Source: Tannerellaceae bacterium
Lineage (GTDB): Bacteria; Bacteroidota; Bacteroidia; Bacteroidales; Tannerellaceae
Assembly (NCBI GenBank): GCA_021201865.1
Contig: JAJQEE010000112.1
Coordinates: forward strand, 481-64,480
DNA length: 64,000 bases
Reading direction: 5' to 3'
A program made the translations under genes and the position numbers. Under the pieces are notes generated by a model. It worked only from the letters and a program-made list of their open reading frames with translations. It was not told the origin of the DNA and made no database searches. Every line of letters starts with the position of its first letter. The first letter of the stretch is position 1. Shown here in pieces: positions 10,404-20,564 of this stretch.

Positions 10404-10977
10404 ATGAACGCATTTACTACGGAAGAATTTGAACGCAATTTCAAAGATCTTTATAAACCCTTATGCTTGTTTGCTCTTCGTTTTACCGGACGGATATATG
10501 ATGCAGAGGATATCGTACAGCAGGTCTTTGTAGATGTTTGGGACAAAAAACGCCATCACTACGATCGAAAATCTCAAATCGTATTTATATCGTAGTGTCC
10601 GGAACCGCTCTCTCAATTTAGCCGTTAAGCCATCCGGAGAACTTCTTACGAATGAGTTTCCTGAAATTTGTGATATGTCAGAAGAAGAGCAAATAATCCA
10701 TGCCGAACGGGATGCCTCTTTATGGAAGGCGATTGACCGGTTGCCACCAGAACGCAAGAAAATTTTTCTGTTGGCTAAACGGGATGGACTGAAGTATCAG
10801 GAAATTGCTGAGGAACTTCAATTATCTGTTAAAACGGTGGAGAACCAGATGAGTAAAGCGTTGAAATCTCTACGGGAAACAGCTATGCGTCTCTACTTTT
10901 TTTCTTTGGAATGGGATGATGATGAAAAAAATATGTATCTGATAGGGGTATTTGGAATTTTACTGTCTTACCAGTAG
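10404..10977 (+). pseudogene. ECF (sigma-70 family) RNA polymerase sigma factor. The frame is broken at A6 run 10545-10550.
   Basis: ORF 10404-10595 carries region 2 (DAEDIVQQVFVDVWDKK). ORF 10534-10977 carries ..LKSYLYRSVRNRSLN.. and region 4 (LKYQEIAEELQLSVKTVENQMSKALKSLR). Adding one A joins them (..WDKKNAITTIENLKSY..). Confidence 0.85.
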
Positions 10978-10997
10978 AGAACTATTTATTTAAAAAG

Positions 10998-11756
10998 ATG
11001 CATATGAAGAAGTTTGTAGTATTTGCTTTGATGTTGATGAGTGGTGTAGTAGCTAAAGCGCAGTGGACATTTACCCCGGAAGCGGGACTGAATGTCACTA
11101 AGTATGAAGACAGCGAAACGGCAAAATTCGGACCACGGGTAGGAGTAGCGGTTGAATATCAACTTCCGCAATCGGATCTCTTTTCGATCAGAACGGGTCT
11201 TTACTTTCTGCAGCGTGGCAGGAATGATGAATATTACGGATATTATGGTAATTATTATAGTTCCGGTTATGGGAATGTATATTATGGGAACGGTTTTTAT
11301 GGAGAGGGTGAGCCAAACCAAACCAGGTATTATCCCTATAGCTCGGAAACGAAGAAAAATTATTTACAATTACCGGTGATGGCAAATTTTAGCTGGAACA
11401 TTTGTGATAAGGTAAGAATTACCGCAGGAGTAGGGCCTTACATTGCGTATGGAGTAGGAGGAAAATCCAGTACTACCATGTATGTCCATATTCCTGAGGG
11501 GAATGATTCTTACTTCACCTCTGTACAGAATCCATTTTCTAAGAGGGAGTTCAGGTCCACGGATGGAACAATTTATACTCGTTCCGGAGATAAACGATTC
11601 GACTGGGGCGTAACAGCTATGGCAGGAATAGAGATCAACCGGATCTCTGTGAATGTAGGATATGATATGGGATTAGCGAAGCAATATCCGGGATATGCTT
11701 ATCAGGTGAGTCCCCAATATCATGCACTCAGTTTTAGTGTAGGATATTCATTCTGA
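10998..11756 (+). CDS. Outer-membrane beta-barrel (porin-family/OmpA-like barrel) protein with a Tyr/Gly-rich low-complexity loop
   Basis: 252 aa. Signal peptide MKKFVVFALMLMSGVVAKAQ. Alternating-hydrophobic strands and a C-terminal ..FSVGYSF. Loop sequence DEYYGYYGNYYSSGYGNVYYGNGFYGEG. Confidence 0.7.
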   Translation: MHMKKFVVFALMLMSGVVAKAQWTFTPEAGLNVTKYEDSETAKFGPRVGVAVEYQLPQSDLFSIRTGLYFLQRGRNDEYYGYYGNYYSSGYGNVYYGNGFYGEGEPNQTRYYPYSSETKKNYLQLPVMANFSWNICDKVRITAGVGPYIAYGVGGKSSTTMYVHIPEGNDSYFTSVQNPFSKREFRSTDGTIYTRSGDKRFDWGVTAMAGIEINRISVNVGYDMGLAKQYPGYAYQVSPQYHALSFSVGYSF

Positions 11757-11772
11757 TTAATGAATTAAAACA

Positions 11773-12612
11773 ATGGACAACAAACAGGAAGATATATTTG
11801 AAAAACGGATCCGCTTTCTTGCAAAGCATTATCAGGAAGATAAGCTGGACGAGAAAAAAGCCTGGGAGAAATTCTCTGCCCGGACGAAAGTGAAGCGCGT
11901 GATTCCTTTCAGAAGATACCTGATGGCAGTGGCATCGGTTGCTCTGATCCTGCTGGTTGTCCATCTCTGGTATGTATCAGAGAAATCTCCGGAATGGGTA
12001 GTGATCACTACCGGACCGGGAGAGATCAAAGAGATTTGTCTTGCAGACAGCAGCTATATTACGTTAGCTGAGAATTCTCAGGTTACATACGATGCTAAAA
12101 TATATGGAAAGAGTGGACGGGCACTTGTGTTGGAAGGAAAAGCCTACATGGAGGCTGCGCGTGATGAAGCCCGTCCTTTTTCCGTACAAACGCATCTGGG
12201 AGTGGTGACCGTGTTGGGAACCAGCTTTCAGGTCAATGATAAAGGAACGTCCCTGGAAGTGGAAGTATATACCGGAAAAGTGCGTCTGGATATTCATGAT
12301 TCGGAGAAAAATGAAATCCTGACAGCCGGTATGTCTGCCAGATATGGATTAGAAGACCCTGAAATCTACATTTTAACCGAAGAACATATGAATAGCCTGT
12401 CATGGAAAACCAAACAACTTCGTTTTGAAAATACGCCTGTTGAAATTGTCATCGCCGACCTGAGTGAGTATTATCATATGACGATCGTGAATAAAAAGGC
12501 GACTCCGGGAGTTTCCCTGACCGCTACTTTTAAAGAACAACCCTTGGAAGAGGTCCTGCTGATTATTAATCAAACGTTGGATATACGTCTGGAACCGCTT
12601 CCTAATAATTAA
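11773..12612 (+). CDS. FecR-family anti-sigma factor
   Basis: 279 aa. One TM segment (YLMAVASVALILLVVHLW). The FecR-like periplasmic domain includes ..ITLAENSQVTY.., ..VLGTSFQV.. and ..LSWKTKQLRFENTPVEIVIADLSEYY... It sits between an ECF sigma gene and a TonB receptor gene. Confidence 0.85.
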   Translation: MDNKQEDIFEKRIRFLAKHYQEDKLDEKKAWEKFSARTKVKRVIPFRRYLMAVASVALILLVVHLWYVSEKSPEWVVITTGPGEIKEICLADSSYITLAENSQVTYDAKIYGKSGRALVLEGKAYMEAARDEARPFSVQTHLGVVTVLGTSFQVNDKGTSLEVEVYTGKVRLDIHDSEKNEILTAGMSARYGLEDPEIYILTEEHMNSLSWKTKQLRFENTPVEIVIADLSEYYHMTIVNKKATPGVSLTATFKEQPLEEVLLIINQTLDIRLEPLPNN

Positions 12613-12621
12613 CGGCAAACC

Positions 12622-15339
12622 ATGTTACGCCTTCTTTTGATCATCGTAGGATTAGGGCTTCTACCGGGATCGGGATTACAGATCCATGTCCGGGGACAAT
12701 TCTCTGCGCCTATCCCACCGGTTACCATAGACATGCATCACGTGGAACTGGCAGATATCCTCACAGAACTGGAAAAACAATCCGGTCTCTTCTTTTCCTA
12801 TGAATCATCCCTTTTGAAAGACCTGCCTAAAGTGACGCTGACAGCAAAGGAAGAATCCTTTTCCTATTGTCTGAAAAGATTGTTTGCTTCGCTTCCCCTT
12901 ACTTACCGGGTCACCGGACAGTATGTGATCCTGAAACCTCAGCCAAAAAGTTATACGATCAGTGGCTTCGTAAGAGATTCCGCTTCCTATGAGAGCCTGA
13001 TCAGTGCGACTGTTGTGGACCGTCACTCCGGCAGGGGGACTACTACGAACAGTTATGGATTCTATAGTATTACCCTTCCGGCCGGACCGGTTTCCCTCTA
13101 TTCCTCCTATGTCGGATTCGGAAGCAAAGAAATATCCTTTGAACTGACCGGGGACACCTTAGTGGATCTTCCGCTGAGTGCAGCCGGAATGATACAGGAA
13201 ATTGTGATCCGGGGCACAGATCCGCATTCGGAAGTTTTAAACAGCCAGATGGGAAATATTCAATTATCTGCTAACCAGATACGGCATGTTCCCGTGGTGT
13301 TCGGAGAACCGGACCTGATCAAAACACTACAGCTTACCCCCGGTATCGCTTCCGGTATGGAAGGCCTGACAGGCATGTATGTAAGGGGAGGAGGTGGAGA
13401 TGAGAATCTCTTCTTACTGGACGGCATTCCCGTATATAATGTAAATCATCTCGGAGGACTGTTTTCCACATTCAATCCGGATATGGTGAAGAATGTGGAT
13501 TTTTATAAGGGAAGCTTTCCGGCCAGATACGGCGGAAGGCTTTCTTCCGTTATAGATGTTCGTCTGAAAGATGGGGATATGCAAAACTATCACGGTAGTT
13601 TTACGATCGGACTTTTAGCGGCCAGAGCTAATATAGAAGGACCCATCGTCAAAGATAAAACCTCTTTCAATGTTGCTTTCCGGCGGACCTGGTATGACGC
13701 CTTTACCACTCCCATATTTGCCATCAAAAACAGGAACAACCAATATGGCTTTTTTGCCGGTTATTCATTCTATGACCTGAATGCGAAGATCAACCATATC
13801 TTTACTCCTAAAAGCCGTTTATATGCTAATTTCTATATGGGACAGGACCGGTTACGGTATGAAGAATATGAATGGATGAATCACTACCCCATCGGTGAGA
13901 AATTTAGCTGGCGCTGGGGAAACCTGGTGACCTCCCTGAACTGGAACTATATCTTCAGTAATAAACTTTTCAGTAACCTCAATATCGCCTATTCCAGATA
14001 TAAACTGAAAGTCCGGGGAGAGGAAAACAGGCTCAAAGTAATAAAAGGGGAGACAGATGATTTCCAGCTCAACCAGTTTACGAACCGGCATTCCTCAGGG
14101 ATAGAAGATATGGGTTATATATATAATCTGGATTATAGTCCTGTTCCGGAACATCATATTAAAGGAGGGGTACAATACCTGTACCATACCTATCACCCGG
14201 AGAAGAAGACCTATAATGTTTCTTCTTTTGGAAATGGATGGAGGGATCAGACTATTCTGTATCGTATCGACCAGGATCCGGTACTCCATGCCCACGAGTG
14301 GGCTGTTTTTGCGGAGGACGAATGGACCCTGGGCGAACGTTGGAAAATAAATGTGGGCGCCCGGCTGAGCAACTATCACGTTCAAAAGGAAGACTATCTC
14401 TCTTTTCAGCCCCGTCTCTCCATGCGGTATCTGATCCGTCCGGGTCTTTCCGTAAAGGCCGGATATACGAAGATGAGCCAGTATGTACATCAGCTATCCA
14501 ATACCTATGCGAATCTGCCTTCCGATATCTGGGTGCCGGTGACGGCGGAAGTAAAACCGATGGAATCCCATCAATATACCGCCGGTCTTTATTACAATTA
14601 CAGGAAGACCTATGATGTGTCTTTGGAAGGGTATTATAAAAAAATGAATCATGTAATTGAATACCAGGATAATGCTTCCCTGTTCCCAAAATATACGCAG
14701 TGGGATGAAAAAATCTCCATGGGAACCGGGCGGTCCTATGGAGTGGAACTCATGGTCAAAAGGGGAGAAGGACATACCACCGGATGGGTAGCTTACACCC
14801 TGGCCTGGTCTGACCGGATTTTCAGGGACGGAACGGTCAATGAAGGCATCCGGTTCCCATCCAAATTTGATAACCGGCATAAATTCAATGCCACGGTTAT
14901 CCATAAAATAAATGACCGGATAGATATCAGTGCCTCCTGGATATTTGCTACCGGTAACCGTGTCACGATCCCGGTCGATTATTATCTTTCCCCGGATTTT
15001 GATCCCCCCATCTCCACCGGCAGACCGGTGTACGGAACAGAATATTTTGATGGCGGAGGGATCTCCCAGTATTATATCACCAACGGATATGAAACCATCC
15101 TGAGACGAAATGCATTTAAGTTAGCGAATTATCACCATCTGGATCTGAGCCTGAATATCTACCGTCCCCGGAAGAACGGAAATATGGGCATCTGGAATAT
15201 CAGTTTGTATAACGTATATAGCCGGAAAAATCCGTTTTGTATCGATAATATTAGTAGTATTGTACCCGGAGAATTAAAAGTAAGCCAGAAAGGTTTTATT
15301 CCAATCATTCCTTCTTTCTCCTATACTTATAAATTCTGA
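12622..15339 (+). CDS. TonB-dependent receptor with an N-terminal signalling (STN-like) domain and a carboxypeptidase-regulatory-like domain
   Basis: 905 aa. The N-terminal ..VELADILTELEKQSGLFFSYES..YVILKP is followed by YTISGFVRD..GFYSITLP. A plug region and a long beta-barrel follow, ending ..SFSYTYKF. Confidence 0.9.
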   Translation: MLRLLLIIVGLGLLPGSGLQIHVRGQFSAPIPPVTIDMHHVELADILTELEKQSGLFFSYESSLLKDLPKVTLTAKEESFSYCLKRLFASLPLTYRVTGQYVILKPQPKSYTISGFVRDSASYESLISATVVDRHSGRGTTTNSYGFYSITLPAGPVSLYSSYVGFGSKEISFELTGDTLVDLPLSAAGMIQEIVIRGTDPHSEVLNSQMGNIQLSANQIRHVPVVFGEPDLIKTLQLTPGIASGMEGLTGMYVRGGGGDENLFLLDGIPVYNVNHLGGLFSTFNPDMVKNVDFYKGSFPARYGGRLSSVIDVRLKDGDMQNYHGSFTIGLLAARANIEGPIVKDKTSFNVAFRRTWYDAFTTPIFAIKNRNNQYGFFAGYSFYDLNAKINHIFTPKSRLYANFYMGQDRLRYEEYEWMNHYPIGEKFSWRWGNLVTSLNWNYIFSNKLFSNLNIAYSRYKLKVRGEENRLKVIKGETDDFQLNQFTNRHSSGIEDMGYIYNLDYSPVPEHHIKGGVQYLYHTYHPEKKTYNVSSFGNGWRDQTILYRIDQDPVLHAHEWAVFAEDEWTLGERWKINVGARLSNYHVQKEDYLSFQPRLSMRYLIRPGLSVKAGYTKMSQYVHQLSNTYANLPSDIWVPVTAEVKPMESHQYTAGLYYNYRKTYDVSLEGYYKKMNHVIEYQDNASLFPKYTQWDEKISMGTGRSYGVELMVKRGEGHTTGWVAYTLAWSDRIFRDGTVNEGIRFPSKFDNRHKFNATVIHKINDRIDISASWIFATGNRVTIPVDYYLSPDFDPPISTGRPVYGTEYFDGGGISQYYITNGYETILRRNAFKLANYHHLDLSLNIYRPRKNGNMGIWNISLYNVYSRKNPFCIDNISSIVPGELKVSQKGFIPIIPSFSYTYKF

Positions 15340-15343
15340 TTCG

Positions 15344-16420
15344 ATGAAGAAGTTTCTGTTCTACATATTCTCTCTCTTTTTGATCTGCTGTTATGGGTCC
15401 TGTACCTACGACAGTATCATAAAAATTGACCAGGTCAGCCCGAAAGGAGTGCTGAATGCGATCCTGCATTCGGACACCATTCTGATGATCAGTGTTTCCC
15501 AGACCGGAAGTGGGGTCGACACAGAGGTTGGTTTCTGGACAGAAGATTATATGGATCACTATTTCATTAACCATGCGGAGGCAGACGTCTTTGTCAATGG
15601 ACAATATGCCGGCCGGATGGAAAGGGGAAATGAAAAAGGTATATATGTGCTGGCTGATTATGTCCCGGAGGAAAATGATCTGGTGAGTCTGGAAGTGGAA
15701 ACACCCTATGGTTTATTATCAGGCGAAGTCCGGATTCCGGCTCTGACCCCTATCCTCAGCGTGGATACACAACGGGTGGTAAATTCGCTTTCGGAGAGTG
15801 GTTTTTTGATCTTTCCATCGATTTGGAAATAGAGAAAAAAGGGTGTTACCACCTATTACATGCTTGCGATTCAGGGATTTGCAGAATACAGGAAAGAAGA
15901 TGAGGTACTCATACGGCCTTTTGCTCCAACCATAACCCACGACGGAGTGCTGTTTTATGAATATGAATGGATTGGGAAGGGAGGAAATTATGTAAATGAA
16001 TATTATGGGGGATATGGAAATGTTCCTTCTCATCCCTCCTATGTGTTAACCTATCTTTTTACCAATCAAACATGGACACAGCCGGAACCGGTTCAGTTCA
16101 TCCTGAAAAATTGTTACCCATCCTACACCGGAGAAGATTATTCCTATCTTTCCCGGTATACTTTTCAGTTATCTACCGTTTCCGAATCTTACTACCTCTA
16201 TATGAAGTCCAAAGTTTTGCAGGCTGAACAGGATGATTTTCTGGGAGAAGCCGGTCTCCGGGAACCGATCCCAACCTATTCAAATGTTAAAGGCGGATAT
16301 GGCCTGGTCGGAGGCAAACAAACCGATACGTACGACCTGATCCTGACAGAGGGTGACCGGCCACCTTCCTATAATCCGTTTGATGACCGGAGGGAGGAAG
16401 AAGAACCCGAAGACTTGTAA
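15344..16420 (+). pseudogene. DUF4249-like lipoprotein usually found downstream of such TonB receptors. It is interrupted by an in-frame TAG at 15830-15832.
   Basis: ORF 15344-15832 (lipoprotein-like MKKFLFYIFSLFLICCYGSC) and ORF 15860-16420 are in the same frame, separated by TAG plus 9 codons. The family assignment comes from context and overall resemblance only. Confidence 0.5.
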
Positions 16421-16519
16421 AATGGGGAGAGATCACATGCTGTATCATCCATCTTTTTTATATCGGTGAGGAAGATGCAGTTTGCTTTATTAAAGTAGAA
16501 ATTTAACTATTTGCGGTGT

Positions 16520-17262
16520 ATGAAAAAGAAGAGAGTGTTTGTTACAGGAGGAGCCAAAGGAATCGGCCGGGCGATTGTCCGGAAGTTTTATGAAGCGGGC
16601 TATCGGGTAGCGTTTTGTGATGCGGACCGGAAAGCAGGAGAAGAACTCGTTTATTCATCCGGTACGGATCTCCTTTTCTTTCCGTTGGATGTAAAGAATG
16701 AACAGGCGTTGTCTGCTGTGCTGGCAGAACTATTTGAGCAGTGGGGAGACCTCGATATCCTGGTCAATAATGTAGGGATCGGGAATTTTACTCCCTTAAC
16801 CGAAACAACCGTTCAACAGTTTGATGAAATTTTGGCTACTAATCTACGTCCGGTATTTATTACCTCCAGAGCCCTGGCTATTCGGAGAAATACGCCGGAA
16901 GGAAAAAACAATATGGACGGATCGTAAACATCGCTTCCACCCGTTACCTGCAAAGTGAACCTGCTTCCGAAGGCTATGCAGCCTCCAAAGGAGGGATTGT
17001 TTCCCTTACGCATGCTCTGGCGATGTCATTATCAGACTACAACATAACCGTTAATTGTATCAGTCCCGGATGGATACAAAATGAAAACTATGACCAATTG
17101 AAACCTGCTGATCACCTGCAACACCCTTCCGGAAGGGTCGGGCATCCGGAAGATATAGCCAATGCCTGTTTCTTTTTATGTGCGCCGGAAAATGATTTTA
17201 TCAACGGACAAAATCTGGTGATAGATGGAGGAATGACCCGGAAAATGATCTACGAAGAATAA
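16520..17262 (+). pseudogene. Short-chain dehydrogenase/reductase (SDR). The frame is broken at A6 run 16903-16908.
   Basis: N-terminal Rossmann motif VFVTGGAKGIGRAI and NNVGI. The downstream frame gives GRIVNIASTR..YAASKGGIVSLTHALA..ITVNCISPGWI (YxxxK). Adding one A joins the two parts. Confidence 0.85.
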
Positions 17263-17330
17263 ATCTTTTATCCGGATGCAACTTTCAGGAATCCGTTTTC
17301 ATCTTTCCTGATAGAGAGTATTCTTAACCT

Positions 17331-17885
17331 ATGGAGGAACATCTGTTAATCATTGGATGTAAACGTGCTGAGTCGTGGGCCCGTAAAAAATTATACGAGC
17401 GGTACGCCCCTGTGATGCTAAGTGTATGCATGCGTTATGTCCATGACCGGGAAACGGCCCGGGATCTGTTGCAGGATGGCTTTATTAAAGTCTTTACCAA
17501 AGTGGATACCTATACCGGGCAGGGTTCCTTTGAAGGATGGATCCGCCGGATCTTTGTCACCACAGCTTTGGAATACCTCCGGGCAAAGGATGCTGTCAGG
17601 ATGAGTGTGAGTCTGGAGGACTATCAGGAAACAGATGGAAACTGGAATGTAAATGTACTGGATAAGTTGTCGGCCGATGAACTGATGGAGTGTATCGGCC
17701 GGTTACCCAAAGGTTACCGGACAGTCTTCAATCTCTTCGCCATCGAAGGATATTCTCATCAGGAGATCGCTGACATGCTGGGTATCAATGTCGTAACTTC
17801 CCGTACCCAGTTTATACGGGCACGCAATCTGCTGCAAAAAAGTGTACAATCTTTATTAGAACAGGAATATGCAAGAGGAAAATAA
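17331..17885 (+). CDS. ECF (sigma-70 family) RNA polymerase sigma factor
   Basis: 184 aa. Region 2 (ARDLLQDGFIKVF) and region 4 (YSHQEIADMLGINVVTSRTQFIRARNLL). It overlaps the next gene by 17 nt. Confidence 0.9.
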   Translation: MEEHLLIIGCKRAESWARKKLYERYAPVMLSVCMRYVHDRETARDLLQDGFIKVFTKVDTYTGQGSFEGWIRRIFVTTALEYLRAKDAVRMSVSLEDYQETDGNWNVNVLDKLSADELMECIGRLPKGYRTVFNLFAIEGYSHQEIADMLGINVVTSRTQFIRARNLLQKSVQSLLEQEYARGK

Positions 17886-19181
17886 ACAGATAGATCCGCT
17901 TGACGAATTTAGTCTTCTGATCCGCGAAAAAATGAGTGGACACAGACTGGCCGTTCCTGCTGAAGATTGGGAAGCACTGGACGCGAAACTGCATAAAAGG
18001 AAACGTTTGAATAATGCCTGGCTGGGAATGGCCGGCGTGGTTGCCGCTATAGGACTACTATTTCTCCTGATCCCTGTTCCCGGAGCCGGTCCATTGCAGG
18101 AACCCGGGATCGCAGAGCAGGTAAAAGAGGAACGGCATTGGCAGCAAGAAGAGGAGGTTCGCCAGGAACCTCATGCCATACCAATGAAAGAACTCCGGTC
18201 GGTGGTAACAAAGAAAGTGAAGAAAGTTTCCGTGGAAACAGAAAATACTTCCAAAGAAAACCAGATGGAGGAAATATATGATGCAGAGGTAATAAATGTT
18301 CTACCAACAGTACCACAAACGGAAGAAGAGTTCACAGAAAAGGATCCGGAAAAAGAGGTTTCCGGTAAACAGGAAAATAAGCAGGATTTCTATCGATCTC
18401 TGAAACCGGAACCAGCCAGCCGGAAAAAGAAGAATTTTCATTCCGGCTGGCAGGCCGGGGTGGTGATAGGCTCCGGTGGTAGGCTCAATTTTTCCTCAGG
18501 GGGGGGGACCTGATGCTGGGCTCTGATACGGATCCGGGGCTGACAGATCCGGGGCCGGATGGAAATGAAGGACCAGACCCGGATCCCGGAAAACCGGACC
18601 CGGAAGAACCGGAAACCCGGGGTGCACCCATCACAAAACCGGGAGGAAGTGCAATAGAAACAGGTGATAATTATATTACCGATACCCGGTATTCAGTGCC
18701 GGTTACGGTTGGATTTACATTCCGGAAAGAATGGAATCAATATATAGGAATAGAGAGTGGACTGCTCTACACCTATCTCTCTACCAGCTATACCCGCAGG
18801 GGAAGCCGGCAGGCGGATGCCAAAGCCCATATGCATTATCTGGGTATACCGTTAAATGTGGTATGGACCGCCTGGCAGAATCCAAACTGGAATCTCTATT
18901 TTTCGGCAGGAGGCATGGCAGAAAAAGGGTTCCGGATGTACTACAAAGAGGTGGAATATGGGAAAAACTCCGGTAATATAACAGAAATAAAGGGGAGTAT
19001 ACACGGACTTCAGTGGTCTGTTAATTTCTCTCCCGGATTGACCTATCGTATCACGAAGGAATGGGGAATATATGTAGAGCCGCGGATCTCTTACTATTTC
19101 GATAATAACCAGCCCGAAAGTATACGAACAGACAAACCGCTGGTTGTAGGTATCGGAGGGGGTGTGAGATATCATTTTTAG
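17869..19181 (+). pseudogene. Putative anti-sigma / membrane-anchored protein fused to an outer-membrane beta-barrel (porin-family) domain. The frame is broken at G9 run 18499-18507.
   Basis: ORF 17869-18513 has a short cytoplasmic N-terminus, a TM segment (WLGMAGVVAAIGLLFLLIPV) and an E/K-rich linker, ending with a first barrel-like strand (GWQAGVVIGSGG). ORF 18513-19181 has a P/D/G-rich segment and then barrel strands, ending ..GIGGGVRYHF. Adding one G joins the frames. Confidence 0.6.
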
Positions 19182-19203
19182 TCAATACTTAAAGAAATGA
19201 GAG

Positions 19204-20463
19204 ATGAAAAAACTATTCTTTACATGGATGATAGCCGGAGCAGCTGTTTTATTTTCCGGTTGCAGTGATTCGGTGATTATCCAAACGGTTACCCATACAG
19301 TAAATAAACCTGTTTATCTGTCTGCAGAAGAATTCCGTAACTCGGTAAGAGTGACAGAGGAACCCAAAGAGATCAGGCAACAGGGGAAACTCTGTTTTTA
19401 CAAAGATTACCTGTATATCTCCGAACCGGAAGTGGGGATCCATATTATAGATAACCGGGATCCGTCCCATCCGGAACCGGTAGGGTTTATTGAATTATTG
19501 GGAAACGTGGATCTGGCCATAAAGAATGATAAACTATATGCCGACTCCTATATTGACCTGGTCTGGTTTGACATTACCTATCCGGCTAAACCGGAGCTGG
19601 CCGGCCGTCTGGAAAATGTATTTTTAGCCGCTTTCCCGGAAACAGGAAATTGGTTTGACTATGATGTGGATATCGATGAAGTATATGCAGGAAAGATAGA
19701 CCGGATTATCATCGGTTGGGAAACTGAAGAGGTAACCTATCAGGTGGAATATAGAAAATCGGATGGAGATCTCGTGATGGATGCAGGTGCGGGAGGTGCT
19801 AATCCGGGTAGTGGTATAAATGGGTCGATGTCCCGTTTCGGACTGTATCAGGATTATATGTATGTCATTCTGAATAATCAGATCGGTATCTTTCATATAG
19901 GGGGAGAAAAGCCAGTCAAAGTAGGTTCGAATGAATATGTAGGCCGGGAAATGGAAACGATTTTTCCCTATAAAGACTGTCTGTTTATCGGAACTCCCGG
20001 TGGATTGATTATCTATTCCGCGGCTAATCCGGAACTACTGGAATACCAGTCTTCCATCGGGCATGTCTATGGATGTGACCCGGTAGTGGTTGAAAATGAC
20101 CTGGCCTATGTGACCGTACGTTCCGGGAACCTCTGTGGGCAGAATGTGGATGAACTGATCGTTTTTGATGTAAGTAATGTCAAATATCCTAAACGGCTGG
20201 TGACTTACACGATGAAAAATCCCAAAGGGCTGGGAATTGATAAGGGCATCCTTTTCCTATGTGATGACGGACTGAAAATCTTTAAAGCAGATGATCCCCA
20301 GACATTAGTGAGTAATTTAATCGTTCACTATGCCGGGATGGATGGCTATGATGTGATACCTTATCAGGATGTACTGATCATGATTGCAGATGATGGGTTG
20401 TATCAATATGACTATTCCGATCGGGATAATATCCATCTGCTAAGTAAACTATCTACCAGGTAA
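19204..20463 (+). CDS. LVIVD-repeat (beta-propeller) lipoprotein
   Basis: 419 aa. Lipoprotein signal ..AAVLFSGCSD. Repeated LVIVD-type units (VGIHIIDNRDPSHPEPV, DLVWFDITYPAKPEL, ELIVFDVSNVKYPKRL, GLKIFKADDPQTL). Confidence 0.7.
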   Translation: MKKLFFTWMIAGAAVLFSGCSDSVIIQTVTHTVNKPVYLSAEEFRNSVRVTEEPKEIRQQGKLCFYKDYLYISEPEVGIHIIDNRDPSHPEPVGFIELLGNVDLAIKNDKLYADSYIDLVWFDITYPAKPELAGRLENVFLAAFPETGNWFDYDVDIDEVYAGKIDRIIIGWETEEVTYQVEYRKSDGDLVMDAGAGGANPGSGINGSMSRFGLYQDYMYVILNNQIGIFHIGGEKPVKVGSNEYVGREMETIFPYKDCLFIGTPGGLIIYSAANPELLEYQSSIGHVYGCDPVVVENDLAYVTVRSGNLCGQNVDELIVFDVSNVKYPKRLVTYTMKNPKGLGIDKGILFLCDDGLKIFKADDPQTLVSNLIVHYAGMDGYDVIPYQDVLIMIADDGLYQYDYSDRDNIHLLSKLSTR

Positions 20464-20519
20464 AAAAAGAAAAAAAGAAACAGCAAATAATGTTGTTTTT
20501 TTGTATGGTCAACCTTTTT

Positions 20520-20555
20520 CCGGCTTGCCTTATCTGAAAGGTGAGCCGGATTTTT
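20520..20555 (+). terminator. Possible terminator after the LVIVD gene
   Basis: Stem ccggct / agccgg with an 18-nt loop, followed by attttt. The stem is weak. Confidence 0.35.
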
Positions 20556-20564
20556 CTCCCTATA

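Noticed and set aside
18499-18507. G9, G8 and C7 tracts (18499-18507, 24281-24288, 28451-28457) as slipped-strand phase-variation switches in surface-protein genes.
   Set aside because: The same kind of break also hits cytoplasmic housekeeping genes (pfkA, rnc, SDR, sigma factors) at short A/T runs, and nearly always in the +1-repair direction. A technical homopolymer undercall explains all of them. Bacteroidales phase variation is mainly invertase-driven.
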